A stretch of DNA of 64,000 nt from Candidatus Omnitrophota bacterium (GTDB lineage: Bacteria; Omnitrophota; Gorgyraeia; Zapsychrales; JANLHA01). The position numbers and the translations under genes are program-made. The notes beneath the pieces were generated by a model. That model made no database searches. It was not told the DNA's origin and was given only the letters and a program-made list of their open reading frames with translations. Each line of letters opens with the position of its first letter. The first letter of the stretch is position 1. The stretch lies in NCBI GenBank assembly GCA_040753435.1, contig JBFMEN010000052.1, forward strand, positions 129 to 64,128, written 5' to 3'. Shown here piece after piece: positions 41,644 to 49,886 of this stretch.

Positions 41644-41649
41644 TTTTGA

Positions 41650-41890
41650 TGATTGGTCCGGGGGGGGGGTATGTTTATGGTGGTGAAAAAATTTAATGTA
41701 GAGACGTCTTGGCGGGATGTCTCCAGGCAAGAGGGTAATGGCGTCGTCGATGCAGAGATGACCCGGCGGGTCATCTCAAACGGCAATGAGTCGGTTCTTC
41801 CGACGGAGACGTCTCATCGGGACGGGGCACAGGAGATTGCTGGAAGGGAGACGTTGGGCAGGAGGAGTCTGAAACGGAACTTCAGTTGAT
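41650..41890. repeat. Palindrome-rich intergenic repeat element, copy 1, containing a G10 homopolymer at 41660-41669
   Basis: gatgattggtccgggg...gagacgtct/agacgtctc inverted repeats...atgacccggcgggtcatctcaaacggcaatgagtcggttcttccgacggagacgtctcatcgggacggggcac.ggagattgctggaagggagacg. The same string (about 90% identical) recurs at 55812-56050. Confidence 0.85.
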
Positions 41891-41976
41891 GGGTTATGGC
41901 GTATAGCCAGGAAGAAGATCTTGATGGTGTTACTGAGTGGATTAGAAAAAAACAATATTAAAGACTGGAGGAAAAA

Positions 41977-42039
41977 ATGATTAAGAAGCCGAATTTGAAA
42001 GGGCATGGCAAGGTTGAATCTTTATTAACATTATTTTAA
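41977..42039 (+). CDS. Small ORF (20 aa, MIKKPNLKGHGKVESLLTLF) with a strong RBS in the AT-rich leader of the paralog operon. It may be a leader peptide or spurious
   Basis: ggagg sits 8 nt upstream of ATG at 41977. The ORF lies in the 600-nt intergenic/promoter region before 42238. Confidence 0.2.
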   Translation: MIKKPNLKGHGKVESLLTLF

Positions 42040-42237
42040 CTAAATTTGTTATAAACATATGATTTTATTATATTTATATATTTTATTAAATTTGCCAATT
42101 TGTTCTATATCTTTTATACTTATATCAGAGAAAAAAAGAAATCTCCCGCTCTATTTCTTTCAATTCAAATCTGATTTTTATATATTTTGCGACTTGGGAA
42201 AGTTTATTTCTTACTATAAGAAGACGAGGAGAAACTA

Positions 42238-45200
42238 ATGAGACACCCTAAAAAGGCAAACACCTATAATTTTTTCCAACGGTTAGTTTCTGGTTTTTTA
42301 GTTTTTGTATTTAGCTTGGGAGTAACATTTCCTCCCGATATCGCTCGAGCTCAAATATTACCGGACCTTTTGTCGCCAGGAATGATGGTCTCTCAAAGCT
42401 CCGGTTATGCCCCTGTTTTAATCAAAGGCATTACCGTCCATCCTGAGAATCCGTTAGCGTTTGATTTTATTATAGATACAGGCGATTCTGGCATTGAACT
42501 TAAAAGTCAGAGGTTCAGGCAGGAATCCTTGCGTCTGGTGAAATACTTTTTGGCGTCGTTAACTGTTCCGGCTAATGAGCTTTGGGTTAACTTGTCTCCT
42601 TATGAAGAAGATCGAGTGATTCCCCAGTCTTTCGGACTGACAGAAATGGGCATCGATTTGCTGGCGCAAGATTATATGTTGAAGCAGTTGACAGCGAGTC
42701 TGACGTATCCGGAAGATGAACTCGGAAAGAAATTCTGGAAAAGGGTTTATGAGCGCGCTTATAAAGAGTTAGGAACAACTTCCGTACCTTTCGACAATTT
42801 TCATAAAGTTTGGATTGTGCCTCAGGAAGCACTGGTCTATCAGAAAGACAATCAAGCATTTGTTGTTCGTAACAAATTAAAAGTGATGATGGAGGAGGAT
42901 TATTACGCGTTTCGACGGGCGCATGGTTATGGGTATGATATAGAGAAAAAATCAGCAGAATCTGACAACAGGTTGACCAGACTTCAAGCTAAAGTGATGA
43001 GGGAAATCATCCTTCCTGAAATCGAGAAAGAGGTTAATGAGGGAAAGAACTTCGCTCAACTTCGTCAGATTTTTCAAAGCATGATTTTAGCCACCTGGTT
43101 TAAGAAGAATCTTAAGGAAAGTCTTCTCGGACAGGTATATGCGGATCAGAAAAAAGTTAAGGGTGTGGATGTTGACGATCCGCAAGTTAAAGAAGAAATC
43201 TACCGGCAGTATGTGAAGGCTTTTGAACACGGTGTTTATAACTATATTAAAGAAGATTATGATCCGAATTTTCAAAAGATTGTTCCTCGTCACTATTTTT
43301 CTGGAGGGGCTTATGGTGGGAACATGCCTGCTGTACAGCAAACAGTTTATGCCGGAACAAGGCAGGACACCGCAGCATTACGTAATGAAGTTGCTGATGT
43401 TATAGAGGGTGATGGCAAGATTGGTGATGCTTCTATTGTTTTAGCGGAAACAAAGAACGAGGCTGCCTCCATAGAGGAAAAGGCAAAGAAGTTTGCAGGC
43501 CAGGGTGATGCGGCGATGCTTTCGGAGTATAAACCGGTGGTCGTTGCCTTTGGCGGTCCTGACGGCGTATTGTTTGAGTATGACCGATGGCACAAGACAT
43601 CTTTCGAAGATGCGGTCACTTTTAACAAGTTTTTGCAACTGCTTAATAAAGGGGTTGATGTTGTTATTATCAGCGATCAACGTTATTTTGATTGGATGAA
43701 AATTCCCGATGAGGTTTTGGAGTACAAGTTGGTTGAATTAGTCAATAAAAAGAAACCTGAATTAGGCAAAGCTTTAAGCGCCCAAGGGTGGAACTTTAGT
43801 GATTCCCAAGCGTCGGAAGTGATCACAATAATAAACAACAACGAAAAAGATTTTTTGAATAGCTTGAAAGATTGGGGGGATCAGTCTAAAAAAATCCTTG
43901 AAATGGATCTGCGTCCTAACTTTGTTGAGTTGGTTCGAAAGAAGAATCCTGATCTGTTAACGAATCTTGTGGGGGAGAAAGGACTGAAAGCTCGACTTGT
44001 TGAGCCCCTGCGAAAAGCGGCACCAGGCGCATTACAAAATTTAACGGTATATGCGTCAGCAGGAACTTTTAAAATAACTTTTGATGAAAACGGTGAGGAA
44101 ATAGAGGATCGTTCTTATAATATCCGCAACTCTATGGATTCCCGAAGCGCCGAAAAGATAAAACAAGCTATTGAAGCTATTGTGAAGGAAGTGTATTGGA
44201 GCGATTATCAGAAGCGGCCTCATGATTACCGTGAGGCTTATCCTGCTTATACCTTTGAAGGGTATGAACCCCAGGTTGTCCTGCACAAGAATGGTGATTA
44301 TGTTCAGGGGTTGACTGTCTTGTATTTACCTTCAGCTTTACTTGGAGCTCATAATCCATCAGAAAATAAGGGCATAGGAGATATTAGGAAAAAAGTTTTT
44401 GAAGTTATTAAGGAGAGGCTTTCTAAAGAGATTCATCCGTATATATGGGCCCATGGGCAATATACTCAAAATATGCGCGGGATGGTTTCCATTGATCTCC
44501 GACGCAGGAACACCGGGAAGGATTTTGCTCTTCGGGAGTACATGATGGAAAAAGGGGTTCTACCATCACAGATAATATCCTTCTGGAGTTTGGATGAGTA
44601 TTCGGGTGATCAGCCAATGAGCTATGTTGAAGAGATTACTCGATTTATCAATTCAAAAAGACAGGGGGATGAATTTTTTAAATCGCTGGGGATAGGGTTA
44701 GGCGGTATTTACTACTGGCTTCATTTTCTTTTACAGAAACATCTTGGAAGTGTTAGCGAGATAGTGACCGCTTATAATGAAGAAACAGCCCGGCACCCAT
44801 CGTTAGTAGGAGCTAAAAAATATATTGAAGAGAGCAAAAATGGACAAAAGTTCCCAAGAGAAACAGAAGATGCCATAGAGAATCTTTATGAGATTTATCG
44901 AAGTTTTGCGTTGACATTTTCTGAGGCGCCTGCGCCCTGGACGGCTATTTATACAGAAGCCTTCGAATTATCTGATAAAGTGAAAGACGCATTGAATGAA
45001 TTTAGTGATGTGTTTTATAAAGTTGAGAGTGTTGAAAGTTTGTTCAAAGAGGCGGATATAATTTTTTACAAGAGGGATGTTGATTTTAAGACGTTTTACC
45101 AAGGGGTTGATCCTCGAGCCGCGCGAAACATTAATACCTTGCTAAAGGCCTATAACGGCGACGAAGAAAGACTTAAGAATGATGTGATAGCGGCTGCAAA

Positions 45201-47196
45201 TTCGATGAATATTAGTATAGCTAGGGTCTTGAGCGGCTACTATCAGGATCGGTACGTTTTTCGGTACAAAACTCCATTATTTGAAACGCTTAAATCAAGA
45301 GCGCCTCCGGTGGATTCGAAAGTTGTTTATTTAGGTGGTGGCGGTGTGGCCACGACAACTCTTCTTCAAAAATTTATGGAAAAAAAATTCAAAGAACTCG
45401 CCTGTATTATTTCTTCTTCTGATGATGGTGGATCTTCCAAAGACATTATGATGAGTTTGTTTAAGAGATTCGGATTTTATTTTATTCCCCCAGGGGATGA
45501 CGCAGGATTGAACATCTTTTTATCGAATGATAATTTTAAAATTTTTACACTATTCTGGTTGGAATCACAAGGAAAAGATCTTCCGGACGAGGTCTTAATT
45601 AGTGCCCAAAAGAAAGACCTCGGGAAATTTCGTATAACTGCGGATTCCATCTATCCGGCATGGAGAGAAAGAGTTTTAAAGGAACTGGAAGCATTGCGCG
45701 ATCCAGCGAAGAAACAAGAGATTGAGAAAGCACTGGCAAAGTCTTTGGGACTTGGTGAAATTAATATTGATTATAAGAGTCAACGCCACCTGGTATTTTT
45801 GACAAGTCTGCTGTCTTTGGGCGATCTTGTAGATCGAGACTTGGTTACCCCCGGGATTGTTGGTTTGAATAATGCCTCGACAGCGAATCTGCTGATGATA
45901 GGTGATGCATACGATTCCAGGGTTATTCGTGAAGGAATGCCGGTTGATAAAGATTCCAGACAGTTTCTTCTTCATCAAATGTTAGAGCTAGGAGATGCTC
46001 AGCCTGTTCCTGTAAGTTATGATTATGAGCGTAGCGCGTTGATTGCTTTTGATAAAGGCGGAGAGGTTCTTGAAACAACTCAGACCAGGATTACTGATAA
46101 GGCGCATAATAAGCTTACCCATGATCTTTATTTTTCTCATCGGACAGCAGAAGAGCGAATGAAGCGGTTTGATTCTTCAGATGATCAATCTTATCCCAAA
46201 GCAGCTCAAAAGGCTGTTGAGATTATCCAAAATTCAGAAATGCTGGTTTCAGGGAATGGATCATTGTGGACATCTTTGATGCCGGTTTTGATGTATAAGG
46301 ATGTGGCGCAGGCAGTACTTGATAAACGCGCAGAAGGAGCGCCTGTAGTGTTTATTGCGAAGATCAAGAGTGATTTGGAGACGGCCGCCATCAAAATGAA
46401 CGATTCAGGGGAAGCAGAGGTTTTGGAGCGAGATGGAAAATTAGTTCTTAATTTAGAGCAGATGAATCTTGTTGAGCAGCTGAAGGCCGTAGTTCGTCAT
46501 ATAAGACGTTCGGTCGGCAGGGATGATATTGAGCTTAAAGATGTTTTTTCCCATGCCATTATTGCGAATCTAAGCAAGGAGGCGATTCGGATTTTGAAAG
46601 AGAAAGAGAGTTTGACAGAAAAAGAGATTGGTGCCTTAAGAGAAGGTGGTGCCCAGGTAAGCAAGCTCCTGAAAGGGATTCAGCCTGTAGTTACTCAGGA
46701 AGAAAAAGAATATGTAATGAATCAGGGGTTGAAGATTATAGAAATCAGCGATAAGGATATCACTGGGATTGAAAAAGGGAAACCCTTGTATGATAACGAT
46801 AATTTATACGAGGTGTTAAAGAGTATTAAGCCTGAGGTCTTTGCTGATTCTGCCATGTTGACAAAAGAATCGTTACAGGTGACACCGGTAAAGGCCGGAG
46901 ATCAAAAAGCAGTAAAAACAGGGGGAGAGCAAGTCGGCGGTATTGATCTTAATCCGGACTATCTAGATCTTAGGATTAAGCGCGATGGAAATGGCGTGCC
47001 GCTTCCCATGTCTCAGCAATCTATTGAGCAACTGCGCCAGATCGATGGATTTCTGCCTGTGATTATTAATGTGACTCCGATCCAGAATTTTCCGATGGCG
47101 CTGGGTCTTGATGTGAGTTCTGAAAATGAGGATGGGACGACCAATAATCGTTTAAGCCATCTGGATGTCTTTGATAAGATGGCAAGGTTGAATTGA
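42238..47196 (+). CDS. Secreted modular paralog 1 (1652 aa): signal peptide, shared N-terminal domain, CofD/YvcK-like (UPF0052) core, shared C-terminal module
   Basis: RBS aggag is followed by ATG 42238. The N-terminal hydrophobic signal is LVSGFLVFVFSLGVTFPPDIARAQ. About 360 aa are homologous to the N-termini of the next two genes. VVYLGGGGVATTTLLQKF...LACIISSSDDGGSSKDIM...FIPPGDDAGLNIFLS (about 45320-45530) matches the YvcK/CofD GGGTG, DDGGSSG and PPGD motifs. The C-terminal module is GGIDLNPDYL...LPVIINVTPIQNFP. Confidence 0.9.
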   Translation: MRHPKKANTYNFFQRLVSGFLVFVFSLGVTFPPDIARAQILPDLLSPGMMVSQSSGYAPVLIKGITVHPENPLAFDFIIDTGDSGIELKSQRFRQESLRLVKYFLASLTVPANELWVNLSPYEEDRVIPQSFGLTEMGIDLLAQDYMLKQLTASLTYPEDELGKKFWKRVYERAYKELGTTSVPFDNFHKVWIVPQEALVYQKDNQAFVVRNKLKVMMEEDYYAFRRAHGYGYDIEKKSAESDNRLTRLQAKVMREIILPEIEKEVNEGKNFAQLRQIFQSMILATWFKKNLKESLLGQVYADQKKVKGVDVDDPQVKEEIYRQYVKAFEHGVYNYIKEDYDPNFQKIVPRHYFSGGAYGGNMPAVQQTVYAGTRQDTAALRNEVADVIEGDGKIGDASIVLAETKNEAASIEEKAKKFAGQGDAAMLSEYKPVVVAFGGPDGVLFEYDRWHKTSFEDAVTFNKFLQLLNKGVDVVIISDQRYFDWMKIPDEVLEYKLVELVNKKKPELGKALSAQGWNFSDSQASEVITIINNNEKDFLNSLKDWGDQSKKILEMDLRPNFVELVRKKNPDLLTNLVGEKGLKARLVEPLRKAAPGALQNLTVYASAGTFKITFDENGEEIEDRSYNIRNSMDSRSAEKIKQAIEAIVKEVYWSDYQKRPHDYREAYPAYTFEGYEPQVVLHKNGDYVQGLTVLYLPSALLGAHNPSENKGIGDIRKKVFEVIKERLSKEIHPYIWAHGQYTQNMRGMVSIDLRRRNTGKDFALREYMMEKGVLPSQIISFWSLDEYSGDQPMSYVEEITRFINSKRQGDEFFKSLGIGLGGIYYWLHFLLQKHLGSVSEIVTAYNEETARHPSLVGAKKYIEESKNGQKFPRETEDAIENLYEIYRSFALTFSEAPAPWTAIYTEAFELSDKVKDALNEFSDVFYKVESVESLFKEADIIFYKRDVDFKTFYQGVDPRAARNINTLLKAYNGDEERLKNDVIAAANSMNISIARVLSGYYQDRYVFRYKTPLFETLKSRAPPVDSKVVYLGGGGVATTTLLQKFMEKKFKELACIISSSDDGGSSKDIMMSLFKRFGFYFIPPGDDAGLNIFLSNDNFKIFTLFWLESQGKDLPDEVLISAQKKDLGKFRITADSIYPAWRERVLKELEALRDPAKKQEIEKALAKSLGLGEINIDYKSQRHLVFLTSLLSLGDLVDRDLVTPGIVGLNNASTANLLMIGDAYDSRVIREGMPVDKDSRQFLLHQMLELGDAQPVPVSYDYERSALIAFDKGGEVLETTQTRITDKAHNKLTHDLYFSHRTAEERMKRFDSSDDQSYPKAAQKAVEIIQNSEMLVSGNGSLWTSLMPVLMYKDVAQAVLDKRAEGAPVVFIAKIKSDLETAAIKMNDSGEAEVLERDGKLVLNLEQMNLVEQLKAVVRHIRRSVGRDDIELKDVFSHAIIANLSKEAIRILKEKESLTEKEIGALREGGAQVSKLLKGIQPVVTQEEKEYVMNQGLKIIEISDKDITGIEKGKPLYDNDNLYEVLKSIKPEVFADSAMLTKESLQVTPVKAGDQKAVKTGGEQVGGIDLNPDYLDLRIKRDGNGVPLPMSQQSIEQLRQIDGFLPVIINVTPIQNFPMALGLDVSSENEDGTTNNRLSHLDVFDKMARLN

Positions 47197-47286
47197 TTCA
47201 ATCTTTACTGGTATAGGGTAAAAAAGCGTTTTTAATTTAAATGATTCATTAAGAACACCAAAAACATTTTAGGGAGAATCTGTCTT

Positions 47287-49881
47287 ATGACATACAGAAG
47301 AACGAGAGCCTATAGGTTATTGTCAATGTGTTTAAGTTTGATCTTGGCGTTGTCCTTTTCGGTTCCGGTTCAGGCTCAAGGCACATTTTTAACCGGGCTC
47401 AATTTACCTGCTATCGGGACAAAAGTTGTTCCAAGTGCGGCTTATCATCCGCCACTTATGGCCGGAATGACAATTTATCCCGAAGATCCCTTGAAATTTG
47501 ACTTCATCGTCACAACGGGAGATGACAATCTGGAAGGAGAGGCGTTTAAGAAGGAGGCGCAGCGGTTGATTAACTATTTTCTGGCCACATTGACTGTCCC
47601 CGACGATGAAATGTGGGTTAATCTTTCTCCGTATGAAAAAGACCGCATTATTGCAGATGGTTTGGGGACGACGGAGATGGGTCGTGACATGCTCGTTCAA
47701 GACTATATATTGAAACAGCTGACTGCGTCATTAATGTATCCTGAAGAGGAATTAGGAGAAAAATTTTGGAAAAGGGTCTATGAAAAAACAAAGTCAAGAT
47801 TTGGCGCTACGGAAATTTCTGCGAACACCTTCAACAAAGTTTGGATTGTTCCGGAGGAAGCTGTTGTTTATGTGAATGGGGCGAATGTTTTTGTCAATAA
47901 AAGCCATCTTAAAGTAATGCTGGAGGAGGACTATTTGGCTCTGGAAAGCAATCAAGAGAGCACACGCCATGGCTTGGGACAGATGACAAAGGACGATATT
48001 GAGGCTATAAGTCAGGACGCCAAGGAAATCCTTAAGGAAATAATTCTTCCTGAAATAGAACGGGAGGTTAATGAGGGTAAAAATTTTGCAAACCTCCGCC
48101 AGATTTATTATTCAATGATATTGGCGACATGGTACAAGAAGAATTTAAAAAAGAGCATTCTGGGCAAGGTATACATTGATAAGAACAAGATTGACGGTAT
48201 CGATCTTGACGATAAAGACGTTAAAGAAAAAATCTATGATAGATATATCCAGGCGTTCAAGCAAGGTGTTTACAATTATATTAAAGAAGACTTTGATGAA
48301 AGGACACAGGAAGTGGTTCCAAGAAGATATTTTTCCGGCGGCCTCAGGGGACAAAAAGATGTTGTTGCGGGTAAAGATTTATCATCAACCGCTGAAATCT
48401 CCCGTGCGCAAAGAGGAGAAATTGGTGCCAGGAAAGTGGCGTTTAACGCAGAGTTAAAAAATCATGACGCAGCTATGTTAACCGATACAGTCATTCCCGC
48501 GGAGATGAAAGATGCCATGGTACGGGAGGGCGGCAAGGCCATACGAAATTTCCTTGGAGGGCTTGTTCCCTATGTTGGTAATCGTGAGAGTTCTCCTTTT
48601 GCTGATATCGCTAAAGTTGAGCCTTTATGGGAGGCGGCGCAAAAGTTTGAAGCCAATCCAGACAATTTTACGGATGAAAAGTTGATTCAAGAGAAGACGG
48701 GAATCCCCCGCATTGAATTGAGGGATTTGAACCCTGAAACAGGGGAAGTCGCGCAGGTCGCGATTATAGGTATTCCTGGGAATTACCGATCGGTTCCTCT
48801 GGAAGGCTTTCAATCAATCGATCAGGCAGATTCGTTGTCAATCAGAATGGGCGGTTTTATGACGCTTGAAGCGAATGTAGGAGGTGTCAATAAATCGTTA
48901 CCTTTAAACTATCTTGCCCAGCATTTCAATGAAATTCTTGACATGTTGGGATATACCCCGGGAACATATATTGATGCGCGTGCCACGCGAACAGTTATTG
49001 CAACGGACGGCGACGGGACATTATATGGCAAGCCAACGGCAACAGAAAATCCGATTTTAAATGATAGCGCTGCTTATGATAATTTAATGGAATATTTAAG
49101 GGTTGGCGGGTTTTATGTCTTAACATCAGGGAATGACATTCAATTGACAAGAGAAAGACTCCTGGCCGGCAGGGGGATACCTGTTGAAGTGCGAAACAGG
49201 TTTCTTATCGTTGGAAATGGCGGTGCGAATATGGGTTATTTAAATGCGAATGGCGATCTCGTCGAGATAGATCAATATAAACGTCAGTCATTGTTAGAAA
49301 ACAGTGCGGATGAAATTACGGATTTGGATGTCGTTTATGTGGGAGATGATGAAAAGCTGGCTGGTAATGATATGCCCGGGTTTAGAAAAGTCGGCCTGAG
49401 CCAGGCAATCAGCGTCTCCTCAAAAGATTTCCAGAATAATCCTGTGGAACTGCGCAAAAATTATATTGGTAATATGGAGCAAGGGACGAGTGCTTTATTT
49501 GGCGCAATTATTGCCCGGGTTAAACAGTCACCGTTTACGCCTCTTTTTGAGGAAAAGACGCTTCAATCAATTATCTTAAAAGCCCGGGAATCTTTTTCGA
49601 ACACGATTTACGACTCGGCTATGTTAGGGGAAGGATCATTGGCTGACCGTTCTGCCAAGAACGGCGGTATTGATTTTAATTCCAATAATATGAGACTTGA
49701 TGAAGTAGGGGATGAAATTGATTTTCAACTTGATGAAACAAGTTTAAAAAATATCGATGTGAATACCATTGAAGGGATCATTCCTATGATCATCAACATT
49801 ACGCCGATCGTTGATTTTTTCCCTCTTTTGAGTCGTGCAGAGGGGATAGTGGATGACCCGCAGTTGTCTGCGCGGAATTAA
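47287..49881 (+). CDS. Secreted modular paralog 2 (864 aa): signal peptide, shared N-terminal domain, HAD-superfamily phosphatase-like core, shared C-terminal module
   Basis: Signal peptide LLSMCLSLILALSFSVPVQAQG. The N-terminal domain is colinear with paralogs 1 and 3. HAD motif I is VIATDGDGTLYG (about 49005), motif II is YVLTSGN and motif IV is VVYVGDDEKLAGNDMPGF (about 49341). The C-terminal module is GGIDFNSNNMRLD...IIPMIINITPIVDFFP. Confidence 0.9.
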   Translation: MTYRRTRAYRLLSMCLSLILALSFSVPVQAQGTFLTGLNLPAIGTKVVPSAAYHPPLMAGMTIYPEDPLKFDFIVTTGDDNLEGEAFKKEAQRLINYFLATLTVPDDEMWVNLSPYEKDRIIADGLGTTEMGRDMLVQDYILKQLTASLMYPEEELGEKFWKRVYEKTKSRFGATEISANTFNKVWIVPEEAVVYVNGANVFVNKSHLKVMLEEDYLALESNQESTRHGLGQMTKDDIEAISQDAKEILKEIILPEIEREVNEGKNFANLRQIYYSMILATWYKKNLKKSILGKVYIDKNKIDGIDLDDKDVKEKIYDRYIQAFKQGVYNYIKEDFDERTQEVVPRRYFSGGLRGQKDVVAGKDLSSTAEISRAQRGEIGARKVAFNAELKNHDAAMLTDTVIPAEMKDAMVREGGKAIRNFLGGLVPYVGNRESSPFADIAKVEPLWEAAQKFEANPDNFTDEKLIQEKTGIPRIELRDLNPETGEVAQVAIIGIPGNYRSVPLEGFQSIDQADSLSIRMGGFMTLEANVGGVNKSLPLNYLAQHFNEILDMLGYTPGTYIDARATRTVIATDGDGTLYGKPTATENPILNDSAAYDNLMEYLRVGGFYVLTSGNDIQLTRERLLAGRGIPVEVRNRFLIVGNGGANMGYLNANGDLVEIDQYKRQSLLENSADEITDLDVVYVGDDEKLAGNDMPGFRKVGLSQAISVSSKDFQNNPVELRKNYIGNMEQGTSALFGAIIARVKQSPFTPLFEEKTLQSIILKARESFSNTIYDSAMLGEGSLADRSAKNGGIDFNSNNMRLDEVGDEIDFQLDETSLKNIDVNTIEGIIPMIINITPIVDFFPLLSRAEGIVDDPQLSARN

Positions 49882-49886
49882 ACACT

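Noticed and set aside
39797-40648. Near-identical ORFs 39797..40087(+) and 40430..40648(+) (MFAQFPGQGSSEAFPIFLNGG... / MFVRFPGHGSSEAFPIFLNGG...)
   Set aside because: They are out-of-frame readings of tandem repeat units 2 and 3 of the giant gene, so their similarity reflects the nucleotide repeat, not separate genes.
39316-41340. Possibility that the periodic repeats represent a CRISPR array
   Set aside because: The units are about 630 nt, protein-coding and in frame with the giant ORF. There are no short direct repeats with unique spacers anywhere in the window.
15-41730. About 150 short six-frame ORFs (60-360 aa) nested inside or antisense to 22..41643, for example 17284..18372(-), 34807..35628(-), 41080..41730(-), 9723..10190(-)
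   Set aside because: They lie entirely within the 41.6-kb + strand ORF, which is continuous and motif-rich. Their translations are low-complexity with no motifs. Long antisense ORFs are expected by chance opposite a GC-balanced 41-kb coding frame.
47197-47286. Possible terminator aaaaagcgttttt between paralogs 1 and 2
   Set aside because: The stem is only an A/U-rich imperfect pairing with no GC clamp, so it more likely serves as an RBS spacer region (gggaga RBS at 47272).
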